Shown piece after piece: positions 14,433-28,193 of a stretch of DNA of 64,000 nt; positions within the stretch are counted from its first letter, which is position 1; every line of letters starts with the position of its first letter. The position numbers and the translations under genes were made by a program. The notes beneath the pieces were generated by a model. The model worked only from the letters and a program-made list of their open reading frames with translations. It was not told the origin of the DNA and ran no database searches. Source of the DNA: Octopus vulgaris (lineage: Eukaryota); contig OX597837.1 of the NCBI GenBank assembly GCA_951406725.2, forward strand, positions 42,966,001 to 43,030,000, given 5' to 3'.

Positions 14433-14779
14433 AATATTAGGGAATAAATCCAAACTTACAGGGAAAAAATCAAATTTAGGATTATCCAATTTTATAGTAA
14501 AATATTATATTATATTAAATTAGAGACAAAACCACTATTAGGCAAATCAAACAATGAAAAACTTAAGCCAATACATATGATTATTTAATTTATATTATTT
14601 AAATATATAACAAAATTATTAAAAAAATATAATTAATATTAATTAATATTAATTATATTTTTTTAATAATTTTGTTATATATTTAAATAATATAAATTAA
14701 ATAATCATATGTATTGGCTTAAGTTTTTCATTGTTTGATTTGCCTAATAGTGGTTTTGTCTCTAATTTAATATAATATA
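14430..14779. mobile_element. Fold-back element containing a perfect 274-bp palindrome (14506-14779), PLE pLTR-derived
   Basis: Arms are exact reverse complements about centre 14642/14643; left extension has the ccaaacttacagggaaaaa terminus; (TA)n on both sides. Confidence 0.85.
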
Positions 14780-14841
14780 TATATATGTGTGTGTGTGTGA
14801 GTGTGTGTGTATATGTATATACATACATACATACATATACG

Positions 14842-14883
<42 letters not shown>

Positions 14884-15100
14884 TGTCAGAGGAAAAAGGT
14901 CAATGCCCGTGACAGTTTCAAGTTTCAAACGAGACCGGTGGAGATGAGGGAAGGAAGAAAGGAACGGTGTATAGCAACATTCGATATCCTGGTCGATAGT
15001 CTAATGTGTGCGCGTGCGTGTGTGTGTGTGTGTACACAGATATACACACGTACGCACGCGTGCACATGTATGTAAATATATGAATAAATACGTATGTATG

Positions 15101-15168
<68 letters not shown>

Positions 15169-15735
15169 GTGGGGGTATGATGAGAGAATTTTTGGCTTTG
15201 TACGCTATCTTTGGCATCAGTCTTGGCAATAGTTAAGTTCACCTCAGATTCTTTTCACTTTTGGTTTCTTGATTAAACATGTTACATGGTAACAATTAAG
15301 GAGAGACGATGAGAATTATTGCAGGCGAGATTGTTAGAAGAGTAAACAAAACGACATAATCAAAACTAGCATCGATTTCTTTTAACCAGGGCATGAAGCC
15401 AATTATTCGAAGAGAACAGCTCCACGCATGAATATATATATATATATATTGCAAGGTATACAATATATGTGTGTTTAAATACGCAACTGAGGCGCTATTT
15501 AATTAAATATTCCCCCTTTGTATCATACATAATGTACACACATTGTCGATAGGTCAGTTACAGCTGACATAGACATCTGGCGCCCTCACTGGCCGCAGCT
15601 GGAACTAATTCTCGCTTCACTGTTGATATTTTATTGTTTTTAACGCAGCAAGTCCGTTGGAGATGTCATCTCAGAGCAAATATTTCAGTAATTGTCATTG
15701 TGTATACATTGTGTATGTTACATAGATAGCTATTA

Positions 15736-15831
<96 letters not shown>

Positions 15832-15839
15832 TCTTTAAC

Positions 15840-16168
15840 TCTTTTACTCTTTTAGTTGTTTCAGTCGAGCAAATCGATCCCGGGACTTATTATTTGTAAG
15901 GCTAGTACTTATTATATCGTTCTCTTTTGCCGAACCTCTAAGTTACGGGGACGTAAACACATAGTAAAGCGGTCATGGGGTGGGGCATCACACAGGTGCA
16001 AATTGCGCGCGCACACACACACACGACGGGCTTCTTTCAGTTTCCGTCTACCAAATCCACTCACAAGGCTTTGGTCGGCCCAAGGCTATAGTAGAAGACA
16101 CTTGCCCAAGGTGCCACTCAGTGGGACTGAACCCGGAACCATGTGGTCGGGAAGCAAGTTGCTTACTA
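15840..16168 (-). mobile_element. SINE family B, partly deleted
   Basis: gggcttctttcagtttccgtctaccaaatccactcacaaggc...gggactgaacccggaacc. Confidence 0.85.
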
Positions 16169-16176
16169 CATATATA

Positions 16177-16254
16177 GAGGGTGTTCCAGAATTAACTAGC
16201 TTTCAATTAAGTATAGTTAGTTAATTCATAGATAGTTGATTCTGGGACACCCTG
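16177..16254. mobile_element. 78-bp Tc1/mariner-type mini-MITE with TA TSD
   Basis: TIRs gagggtgttccagaattaactagct / agatagttgattctgggacaccctg flanked by TA. Confidence 0.75.
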
Positions 16255-16756
16255 TATATATGTGTGTGTGTGTGTACAAATAAATAAATAAATTTAGCAG
16301 CATTTCTTTCGGATTTACTTTCTGTGTTCAGTTTTCACCGAGGTCAACTTTACCTTTCATCTTTTCGAGGTTGATAAAATAAAGTTCTGCTTGAGTACTT
16401 GAGCCAATGCAATCCACAAGACCCCTGCTCCACCAAAATATCGGGTAGAATCTCAAGTGGAGAGAAACGGTTTTGTATTAACCAATTAAAAGTATCAGTG
16501 ATAAACCGAATTCTTAATAATTGACACACATTGCACAATTAGCAGACTTTACGCTAACGAGATACTTGTAACCAGTACATAGACGGTCCTTGTAAACTCA
16601 CAGCGGTCAGCTACGAATTAAGAACGCCGTATCGTTTTCAAGTGTCTCGTTAACAAGATTGACGAAGTTAACAAGGCAGCCATTCACAACTATATGGACT
16701 GGGTTAAGTGTTTCAATTTTTATTGGTTTATTATTATTATTTTTTAAAAATCTTTT

Positions 16757-16990
16757 TACGTGTTTCAGTTATTGGACTGCAGCCATATTGGGGCACCGCC
16801 TTCGTAGGTTTTCAGTCGAACAAATCGATCCTAGGACTTATTATTATTATTTTTTTTAAAGTCTGGCACGTATTCGATTTGTCGCTGTCATTGAAACACT
16901 GTGTTATTTGGATGTAAGCAAATCATCATCAGTTGTGAAGCGGTGGCGAGGGACAAACACGAACTCAGTGACATATACACACACTCAGGC
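16757..16990 (-). mobile_element. SINE family B 3' half, diverged
   Basis: tgtttcagttattggactgcagccatattggggcaccgcc. Confidence 0.75.
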
Positions 16991-17010
16991 ACACGCACAC
17001 ACTGCTAACG

Positions 17011-17081
<71 letters not shown>

Positions 17082-17110
17082 TATTATTATTATTATTATC
17101 ATTATTATTA

Positions 17111-17337
17111 TATTTATTTACTACCCACAAGGGGCTAAACACAGAGAGGACAAACAAGGACAGACAAACGGATTAAGTCGATTATATCGACCCCAGTGCG
17201 TAACTGGTACTTAATTTATCGACACTCGAAAGGATGAAAGGCAAAGTCGACCTCGGCGGAATTTGAACTCAGAACGTAGCGGCAAGACGAAATACTGCTA
17301 AGCATTTCGCCCGGCGTGCTAACGTTTCTGCCAGCTC
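17111..17337 (-). mobile_element. SINE family A
   Basis: Full head, core and tail match to other copies. Confidence 0.92.
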
Positions 17338-17423
17338 AGTACCCTCCCTCAAATTGCCCCTGTAGCAAAAATTTCCAATAATAATAAAAATAATAATAAA
17401 TATTATTATTATTTTCTTATATA

Positions 17424-17838
17424 GACACAGGAGTGGCTGTGTGGTAAGTAGCTTGCTAACCAGCCACATGGTTTCGGGTTCAGTCCCACTGCGTGGCATC
17501 TTGTGCAAGTGTCTTCTGCTATAGCCCCGGACCGACCAATGCCTTGTGAGTGGATTTGGTAGACGGAAACTGAAAGAAGCCTGTCGTATATATGTATATA
17601 TATATATGTATGTGTGTGTGTTTGTGTGTCTGTGTTTGTCCGCCTAGCATTGCTTGACAACCGATGCTGGTGTGTTTATGTCCCCGTCACTTAGCGGTTC
17701 GGCAAAAGAGACCCATAGAATAAGTACTGGGCTTACAAAGAATAAGTCCCGGGGTCGATTTGCTCGACTAAAGGCGGTGCTCCAGCATGGCCGCAGTCAA
17801 ATGACTGAAACAAGTAAAAGAGTAAAAGAGTAAAAGAG
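17424..17838 (+). mobile_element. SINE family B, full length
   Basis: Head, internal microsatellite and (gtaaaaga)n tail. Confidence 0.92.
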
Positions 17839-17839
17839 A

Positions 17840-17873
<34 letters not shown>

Positions 17874-18295
17874 TTGTATTTGTGTGCGACATTATTGAAA
17901 AATTGAAATGAAATAGCCGCACCGTTAGTATTGAAACCCTGTCGCTGGATTAACTTGCCATAACAGTTCCTTCTTGCTTCCTCTGTGGCTTTCAAAGAAT
18001 GAGACCGACAATTCCCAGCATTTTCCTTCCCGCCACCCTTTCTCCTGATTTCAGTTACAAATAACAGACTTTGCCTCAACAGAAAGATCATTTGCTTTCT
18101 GAAACTGTTTTATCGCAGATTGAAGACATCAATCAAATCGATCTGGAATAATTGAACACTTAATATATATTGGTAAATTAGACAACCTTCTGCTTTTCGT
18201 CTATTTCTATCACATCTTCCTTTCTCTCTCTCTCTCTTTCTCTGGCTCTCTCTCTCTCTCTCTCTCTGGCTCTCTCTCTCTCTCTCTCTCTCTCT

Positions 18296-18329
<34 letters not shown>

Positions 18330-18529
18330 CTCTGATGTTTCTACTGTTAACTATTGGGCTCTGGTCATCGGAAACATTTAGCTGAGGAATAAAACAGAAA
18401 AATATACTTCAGACATCACCTGACTGGGAAGCCACAGTGTAGTCATTCGATCTGCTAGAAATAACAGCCACTCTACTGCTATTAATACCTGGACTCTGAT
18501 GATTAACGACGTTCAGTTCAGTAATATAG

Positions 18530-18716
18530 CGGTTTCAAATTTTGGCTGAAGGTCAGCAATTTGGAGTGGGGGTGGAATAAGTCGGTTACATCGACCCCGA
18601 AAGGATCAGGGGGGAAATTGACCGCGGTGGAATTTGAACTCTGGATATAAGCTCCGGAAGAAATACCGCTAAATATTTTGTCCAGCATGCGAACTATTCT
18701 GGTAGTTAACCGCCTT
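18530..18716 (-). mobile_element. SINE family A, diverged
   Basis: atcgaccccgaaaggatc...ggaatttgaactc...aaataccgctaaa. Confidence 0.7.
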
Positions 18717-18848
18717 CAACTGAGAGATATACGAGAACAGAGAAATAGTCGTCATACACCATACAATAGGGATGTCACTATATGGTCACTCAATCTGCTG
18801 AAAATAACAACTAAATTTCAAGTCTTATCTTTTGGACTTTGAATCACT

Positions 18849-18907
<59 letters not shown>

Positions 18908-18908
<1 letters not shown>

Positions 18909-19117
18909 TTTATTTAAAAGCAGCAGAAATATAACAAAAGCTGTTACTCGGAGTTTCACGTTCCCGTTAAAACAAAAGTGTCCGACGAACGGGAACGTAA
19001 AACTCCGAGTAACAGCTTTTGTTATATTTCTGCTGCTTTTAAATAAAGCATGTTGCTCTACCTCTGGTATTTGAGTACTCTTTTTTCAACCTTGCTTCAC
19101 ATTTATGTGCTTACTCC

Positions 19118-19119
<2 letters not shown>
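18908..19119 (+). mobile_element. Fold-back PLE mini-element (61-bp arms 18908-18968 / 18988-19048) with minimal hammerhead-like motif 18979-19014
   Basis: tgt-ccgacga-acg(ggaa)cgt-aaaa-ctccgag-ta-aca; the inverted arm preserves GAAA; (TA)n on both sides. Confidence 0.8.
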
Positions 19120-19171
<52 letters not shown>

Positions 19172-19796
19172 ATATATATCTACACACACACACAGAGGCA
19201 TCTCGTTGCTATTATGCAAAAGTGTTGTAAGTCTAAAACATTGCTTTTTAAAAAAAACGAAAAAACAGTTTCACCATTCCATTTCCTTTTAGATTCGGAA
19301 CAGTTTCAGCTTAACAATAATAGTTTGTTGGGTGCATAAAATCATAGCTCTATGCATGTTTGATGTTTTCAGTCAGAGATATTTTTGCAAAACTGTCGTA
19401 TGTGGGACTTGCTACACTTTTGAAAAATGCTAAACCGTTCTACTACACTTTGACAATTTTCATCTGAAGCAGCTGGAGATACGATAGTTTGACCAAAAGA
19501 ACTGGCTATTGCACGCAAAATTAAATATTGAAAAAAAAAAAACGCATTTGGCCAAATTTTGACATAGGACAGCTTAACGATATGAATATATGTATGCATA
19601 TACATCTTTGTGTGCACAAACATACACACACTCACCCAGACAGCCATACAGACGTTAAAACAAGGAAATTCAGCACCCTACATATGGACTGATTCTAAAA
19701 GCAAGTGACTGGTTAAATATCCGGTTGTACTGTGATATACGTACACGTGTGTACCAATCAGTGAATCAATCAATCAATCAATCAATCAAGCTATCG

Positions 19797-19926
<130 letters not shown>

Positions 19927-20053
19927 GTATGTATGTATGTATGTATGTATGTATGTATGTATGTATATATCTATTTTATGTACCCGTACATACATATGTA
20001 ATACATGTAATATATGTTGCATATACATATATTACATATATATTACACATGTG

Positions 20054-20112
<59 letters not shown>

Positions 20113-20673
20113 TATCTGTATGCATACGTACCCTAGATAATTCGTAAGAAATAATTATATTTGCATATACTTGTGTACATATAACGCACACGCACACACA
20201 TGTATATACAAACATACGCACATACACACACACATATATATATACACATATACACAAGCACATATTTAGAGCGAGTGAGGAAGATATCTCAAGCTAGACA
20301 ACAACACATAAACATCAGTTACCAATTCTCTTATAAATGTTACCGATAATACATATCATGGAGAACGAAGATCTGACTCTCTTTAATATTGAAACGGAAA
20401 TACAAAAACGTAAACGATACTACACGGTCGTCAAAAGACTTCTCTGTTTCTTTTTTTCGTTTCATTTTTTTTGCATTGTTTTTTTTTATTGTTTTCTTCG
20501 TCGCTGCCATGGTAACTTTCTTGGAAGTTCCAGCGATTACCATTCAATGGCTTCGGCTTAACTTACCAATTCTGTCAACCCGAATGACAGAAATTGTCTT
20601 TCGTTCCACTTTTAACCACTTCAGTTTATTCGTGCCAGATTTAGGAAAGAGAAATACTTTGTATGTATTTAGG

Positions 20674-20740
<67 letters not shown>

Positions 20741-20856
20741 GTGTGTATTTTCGTTTATACTATCGATATTTGTTTATTTTTTTATTTTCTTATCCATCTT
20801 ATCTGCTGCATATACATAAATACAAGCGAATTGTTATGGAGACATAGAAACAGACC

Positions 20857-20922
<66 letters not shown>

Positions 20923-20923
20923 T

Positions 20924-21495
20924 TAAACTTTTAATCTGTATGTCTGTTACAATCACTTGCTGAGACACACCCAGCGTCCTGGGGTGAGTAAAGGATAAGA
21001 AATGCTACAGTTTGACTGAAAGGTTGGGAGGGAAATGCCAGGAGCGGTAGCGAAATATTTGCATGTAATATAACACATATATTTAAATGGAAATGTTTTC
21101 TAAGGATGTGGGCCGTACTTGTCAGCACAATCTTTTGGATTTCTGTGAGAGATGGTTCTCTTGGGATATTATCTAAATGTTTCTGAAACACCATTTTGTT
21201 TATCACAGCCAGAGCATCAACAATAACAGGAACAGTTCTCTCTTTAAGATACCACATCTTTTGTATTTCAATTTCCTGATTCTTGTATTTACCTAATTTG
21301 TCAAGATCCTTTACAGATATATTTTCCTCAGTGGAAACATTTAACTCAATTAATCTACAAGAATTTTCTTTCGTCTTTAATAATTATGTCTGGTCGATTA
21401 GCCTGGATTGTTCTGTCAGTGTTGACTGGAAAATCCCAGAAGATAGTGACACTTTTACCTTAACGACTGGCCCAGGATGATGTTCATACCAGTAA
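20924..21495 (-). pseudogene. R4/Dong-like non-LTR retrotransposon 3' end with restriction-like endonuclease domain
   Basis: WDFPVNTDRTIQANRPDIII...EIQKMWYLKERTVPVIVDAL...IQKIVLTSTAHILRK (PD-D/ExK type); 3' end abuts (TAA)n at 20858-20923. Confidence 0.85.
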
Positions 21496-22028
21496 GCAGG
21501 AGAGCTGATTTTTTAGTGTTTACATATTTTCCAATGCAAATACTCTCCTGCCCGTAGAATGACAGAATGAACTAAAGATAACAGGGGGAGGAAGGTGGGA
21601 TGGGGAGTCGCTGAAGAGGCCAAGGTATGTGTGACGAGAGATTTCTAGACGTAGGACATAAAATAAGAACAATAAAATTAATCTGAAGTGATGAACGAAT
21701 ATGTAGTGCGTGTGTTTATTTGGCAGAAAAGAAAGAAGAAAATGACCATCCCGAAATATAACAGAATCTCTTTCAACACGCGATTTCCCATCAGGAATTT
21801 TGCAAAACAAATACATAAACGTAATAAATTTAGAGTGATAAGTTATAAAAACAGATTTTTATGATAAAATTTTTATTTTGACGTTTGTTTACATCAATTC
21901 AAGGAGCATAATTTAGCTCCCTTGAATTGCAATTTCTGTTTAATTCAGCCGACATTTTGAAACAGTCAGTTTAATTAATACTTTGTCAAGCTGTCCGTTA
22001 TTTGCGTTTCAAATTAAAAATTTACTCA

Positions 22029-22410
22029 AAATGGGTAAATTTGTTTCTTAAGAAAACACAAATTGCAGGTGATGGTGGACAGTGTCGACAGGGAAGATTT
22101 TGGAAATGCGGTTACAGAGAATCCACATAATTCGGTAAACAATGTCGATGGTTCAGTAAGTGATGGTGCAGTGACTGCAAGACATGATAGTGTCAATAGA
22201 TCGAAAATACATACAAAGATTGGGAATGTAATCTTTGAATTATGTCCACTTAGTTTCATAACGTATAGACAAAAAGTCCCACAATTTAAATGTCTCTTTT
22301 GCAACAAAAAATGAGCGAAGAACCATGTGTCCGTCAAATTACAACACTATTTTACAACTAAACACTGTCATTTGACAAGAAAAACGAGTTTCCGAAGAAC
22401 TGAGAGATAC
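22029..22410 (+). pseudogene. hAT Buster/Charlie-type transposase N-terminal (BED zinc finger) remnant
   Basis: PQFKCLFCNKK followed, across a stop/frameshift, by KLQHYFTTKH, resembling CxxC...PSKLKRHxxTKH. Confidence 0.6.
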
Positions 22411-22749
22411 AAAGGATATATAAAAATGTCAAGGATTCAAAAACGAAACTGGTATATAGAATGCCATGATATTTAAGAAACGCAAAGGGAGAAAAACTCA
22501 AGGCTGTTTCTAAAAACGTGATAGATTATATATTTCGAAACAAGCGGTCAACGAAGCTATAAAACGGACGCGGAACTATAATAATACAGGTAGTTTGTTT
22601 CCAACACATCAACAAATCTAGAAGAAGATAATTCTGAAATCATAAGGGGCTAATAAAATCTTAATATGACCTTCAAGTTGGTGAAATAGCAGACAGAGAT
22701 GGCAAATGTTATTTAATGAGAATTCTTAGATTTGTTTCGGAAAGGTGAC

Positions 22750-22916
22750 ACGTACATACATACATACATACATACATACATACATACACACATACATACA
22801 TACATGATACATACCATACATACATACATACATACATACATACATACATACATACATACGTACATACATACATACATACATACATACATACATACATACA
22901 TACATACATACATACG

Positions 22917-22950
<34 letters not shown>

Positions 22951-23048
22951 CATACGTACATATATACATTCATACATACATACATACATTCATACATACG
23001 TACATCCATCCATCCATCCATCCATACATACATACGTACATACATGCA
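22750..23048. repeat. (TACA)n microsatellite
   Basis: Directly visible. Confidence 0.95.
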
Positions 23049-23050
23049 TA

Positions 23051-23283
23051 TACCATGGTTTGATCAATAAGTATTGGGACTGTTGCGATAGTAACGAAGC
23101 TACAGCACGCAGAGTAAAGCTGCTTTGCACAAATTGATCTTGAGCTCTGCTGCACACGCACACGATGTTTTAACATTCTAACTCACTTTCACTGTTTACA
23201 GCAGTGCTTAGAATCAACGTGTGTAGCGTGCGACCGTCGCATTGATCATGACAGAGAAATTTGTGCAGAGAATCTGCATCAAG
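23051..23283 (+). mobile_element. mariner 5' fragment (TIR, UTR and transposase start)
   Basis: TIR-like taccatggtttgatcaataagtattgggact; ATG at ~23248 gives MTEKFVQRICIK, like the mariner EQRxCIKF N-terminus. Confidence 0.65.
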
Positions 23284-23357
23284 CGATGTTGAGGGACAAG
23301 CACACACAAACACAAACACACACACACAAACATACATTCACACACACACACACACAG

Positions 23358-23424
<67 letters not shown>

Positions 23425-23737
23425 CACGACGGGCTTCTTTCAGTTTCCGTCTACCAAATCCACTCACAAGTCTTTGGTCGGCTCGAGGCTATAGTAGAAG
23501 CACTTGCCCAAGGTGCCACATAGTGGGAATGAACCCAGAACCATGTGGTTAGTAAGCAAGCTACTTACCACATAGCCAGCCCGGCGCCTAATTCTGCCGA
23601 GGTCGACTTTGCCTTTCATCCTTTCGGGGTCGATAAATAAAGTACCAGTTTCGCACTGTGGTCGATGTAATCGACTTAATCCCTTTGTCTGTCCTTGTTT
23701 GTCCCCTCTATGTTTATCCCCTTGTTGGTTAATAAAG

Positions 23738-23741
<4 letters not shown>
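23425..23741. mobile_element. Adjacent SINE B 5' half (-, 23425-23577) and truncated SINE A (+, 23590-23741)
   Basis: Match to other copies. Confidence 0.85.
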
Positions 23742-23806
<65 letters not shown>

Positions 23807-24469
23807 AGAGTAAAAGAGTAAAAGAGTATATATATATATGCATATATACATACACATATATACACACATATATGATAAAGAATTATGTAATGACCATTAT
23901 ACTTTGTAATGTGTGTGTGTGTGTGTATATATATACATATATATAACATACATTACCTATACATCTATGACGTGCAGTATACTAAGTCTAAATTATGACG
24001 TTTCTGTGAAAATGTTGGAATGTTTTTCCCAGTTGTGGTTGCTAAGACAATCAATTTCTCAAAAATATTAATTCGATTCTTCGTTCTCAATTTATTAAAA
24101 AAATAATACAATCTAATTAGATTAGTTTCAAATTATTTCTGTTAAGACACAAAATTTTTCTTGAATATTTTTACGCACAAAATTATATTTTTGAGTTTGA
24201 AAATTATATTTTCAAGCTAGAAAATTTTACTTTACCTCACACAATGCACGCGATTACTCTTTTTCTTTTCTTTGATCTTTTGTTAATCTTTTTATTTGTT
24301 TCATTCATTAGACCGCGGCCATGCTGAGGCATCGCCATGAAGAACTTTAGTCGTGTGAAATGAACTACAGTTTCTCTTTTGCCGAACGGATAAAGTTTCG
24401 GGGATAAACAAACCAACGCCGGTTGGCAAGCAGTGCTGGGTGACAAATGCAGACTCTAAGATACATGCA

Positions 24470-24633
24470 TGCATACATACATACATACATACATACATAC
24501 ATACATACATTAATACATACATACATACATACATACATACATACATACATACATACATACATACATACATACATACATACATTAATACATACATACATAC
24601 ATACATACATTAATACATACATACATACATACA

Positions 24634-24664
<31 letters not shown>

Positions 24665-24679
24665 CATTACATACATACA

Positions 24680-24710
<31 letters not shown>

Positions 24711-25167
24711 CATACATTACATACATTAATACATACATACATACATACATACATTAATACATACATACATACATACATACATTAATACATACATACATAC
24801 ATACATACATTAATACATACATACATACATACATACATACATACATACATACATACATACATTAATACATACATACATACATACATTAATACATACATAC
24901 ATACATACATACATACATACATACATACATACATACATACATACATTAATACATACATACATACATACATACATACATTAATACATACATACATACATAC
25001 ATACATACATAATACATACATACATGCAAGCATGCATGCATACATACATACATACATACATACATACATACATACATACATACATACATACATACATACA
25101 TACATACATACATACATAATACATACATACATGCAAGCATGCATGCATACATACATACATACATACA

Positions 25168-25220
<53 letters not shown>
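24470..25220. repeat. Long (TACA)n array with recurrent tta interruptions
   Basis: Directly visible. Confidence 0.95.
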
Positions 25221-25222
<2 letters not shown>

Positions 25223-26307
25223 GGAAAAATACACATTAAGAACAGGATACCACCAGCGAATGAAAAATACACAGGTACACAACGAGAGATAAGTACGGGA
25301 CAAAAGAAATCAAACAAAGAATAACCCCTCCTTATTTGTCGACTGTGATAATACGTGAGCACACGACGACAGATAAGTACGGGACAGAATGCAAAAAGAG
25401 GTCTAACCCCTCCTCAGTTGTCGGCTTCGATATTACTACCTGTATCGTGCTTTTAACGACAAAACAGGAAAACTTCATAAGACAGCAGCATCCAGAAATC
25501 TTTAAAATATATAATTTGTGGAGGGTTAGGGCTTCGGATAAACAAACGACACTACGGTGGACGTATGGAAGTAAACAAACAATTGACGAAGATAGACATT
25601 TATGCGACGAGCTTCTTTCACTTTCCATCTACCAAATCCGCACTCAGTGCACACTCATGTACATGCGTGTGTGTATACACATAGGTACGACAGCCTTCTA
25701 CGCAGTTTCAGTCTATCAAGTTCATTCACGAAGCATTATTCTGCCCAGAGCTATTGTAGAAGACACTACGCCAAGATGCTGAGAGGTGGAATTGATCTCT
25801 AAACCACATGGTCGCCAAGCGAACGTCTTATCCACACTCCCACACGATATTGCATTATTTCTACATAAATGAATTTTTACTCAAACTGATTTTGTTTCAT
25901 TTAATGCCTTATTAAAATCAAGGTATGGCAATTAAAATCGGAGTATGACATTAAACTGTATTCAGTGGCGAGGGTCCAGTTCGGAAGTTCTGGATGTATG
26001 GGAAACGTGGCGTGTCCCCTTAATTAATGGTAAACCTATTGGGTTATTTCTGAAAACCTTATCCAAAAAAACCTGAAAGCATCGCCTGAGTTGTGTCTGT
26101 ATAGAAAGATAGTCACTTTCTCCTCATTTTCCCATTAACTAATCACTTAAGGCATTACAATTACATTACCTCTACCTTGCGTCATGAATGCTTCTCTGTT
26201 TTTCTCTCTTCCACTTCTCTTTCTCCCTCTTTTTCTCTAATCACGTGAAAGCGTTGCTGACGTGCTAAGTAACGTAATGAGAAACAATAATTATAAGATT
26301 TATACCT

Positions 26308-26755
26308 AATTCTTTACTACCCACAAGGGGCTACACACAGAGGAGACAAACAAGGACAAACAAACGGATTAAGTCGATTATATCGACCCCAGTGCGTAAC
26401 TGGTATTTATTTAATCAACTCCGAAAGGATGAAAGGCAAAGTCGACCTCGGCGGAATTTGAACTCAGAACGTAGCGGCAGACGAAATACCGCAAAGGATT
26501 TCGCCCGACGTGCTAACGTTTCTTGTTTCTTTATTGCCCACAAGGGGCTAAACATAGAGGAGACAAACAAGGACAGACAAAGGGATTAAGTCGATTATAT
26601 CGACCCCAGTGCGTAACTGGTACTTACTTAATCAACCCCGAAAGGATGAAAGGCAAAGTCGACCTCGGCAGAATTTGAACTCAGAACGTAACGGCAGACG
26701 AAATACCGCAAAGGATTTCGCCCGACGTGCTAACGTTTCTGCCAGCTCGCCGCCT
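26308..26755 (-). mobile_element. SINE family A dimer flanked by a 20-bp TSD
   Basis: Two units joined near 26522; flanks ataattataagatttatacc (26287-26306) / ataattataagatgtatacc (26757-26776). Confidence 0.92.
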
Positions 26756-26798
26756 TATAATTATAAGATGTATACCATGTAGGCAACTACTCCATGTC

Positions 26799-27028
26799 TG
26801 TTTCTTTATTACCCACAAGGGGCTGAACACAGAGGAGACAAACATGGACAGACAAACGGATTAAGTCGATTACATTGACCCCAATGCGTAACTGGTACTT
26901 TATTTATCGACCCCGAAAGGATGAAGGGCAAAGTCTGCCTCGGCGGAATTTGAACTCAGAACGTAACGGCAAACGAAATACGGCCACTCATTTCGCCCGG
27001 CGTACTAACGTTTCTGCCAGCTCGCCGC
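26799..27028 (-). mobile_element. SINE family A
   Basis: Full match to other copies. Confidence 0.9.
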
Positions 27029-27479
27029 TTTCTACCCCATGTTGTTGCTCATTCCGACGGAGGCGGAGATAGCGGAAATTTATGACGAAAATCAACATGG
27101 CGGTGGGTTATTCTTAAAATAAAAGAAATGAGAAACGTGATCTTTGAAAAAAATCATATGTTTAAACTTCCAACGAGTAGATTACCTCCCCCACACGCCA
27201 TTCCTACTAACGATTTGCTTATTAAAAAATAATTCCCTATATTTACACCATCGATGTCCTTGAGAAAGCGCCATCGATCTTAAAACATCTTACACCACTT
27301 TCTTTGTGCACGTAAGATTAGCAACACTTCAATAACATAAAACAAATTTTTACAGATTGCGCAATGAAATTTTACTGCGTTCTTCGACATCTCTCTCACA
27401 ATGCACACTGTTCATTCCTATTGTTTAAATTAAGATGAACTGCAATTATCTTTTTCTGCTTCCATCTTATTTTCTTTTG

Positions 27480-27541
<62 letters not shown>

Positions 27542-27827
27542 ATTATTATTATTATTATTATTATCATTATTATCGTCATTATTATTATTTTTACTTTAAT
27601 CATCGTAAGAGAAATGATTAAATAAAAAGTAATTCTGGTTTTATTTTCAGTGTCATTTTCTGCTTTTCTACAATTTTCTCCAGAAATATTCAAATGATAA
27701 TGTATGATTAGGTTTTATTTAACTAACTTTTTTTTTTTTTCAACTAATCTTAATAAGTAAAGCTTTTTACGGTACCTCGTCGAAAATATTTGTCACTGAT
27801 TTTAAAATTTTACTGTAACGCGCGGAA

Positions 27828-27855
27828 TATGTATGTTCGTACGTACGTACGTACG

Positions 27856-27889
<34 letters not shown>

Positions 27890-27995
27890 TGTATGTATGT
27901 ATGTATGTATGTATGTATGTATGTATGTATGTATGTACGTACGTACGTACGTGAGTACGTACGTATGTATGTATGTATGTATGTATGCATGTATG

Positions 27996-28027
<32 letters not shown>

Positions 28028-28123
28028 CTTGTATGTATGTGTGTGTGTATGTATGTATGTATGTATGTATGTATGTATGTATGTATGTATGTATGTATGT
28101 ATGTATGTATGTATGTATGTATG
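27828..28123. repeat. (TATG)n microsatellite
   Basis: Directly visible. Confidence 0.95.
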
Positions 28124-28193
28124 CATTCTTAGTAGCTTAGAGTAGGCTCGAATTAGAGATTATTCTTTGTGGCTAATGGCGTGAGTCCTGATT

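Noticed and set aside
15570-15602. CTCF-like site ggccagtgagggcgcca on the minus strand
   Set aside because: One base short of the consensus spacing; a single motif is insufficient.
18030-18150. Candidate splice acceptors and exon
   Set aside because: Frames stop quickly and there is no matching donor.
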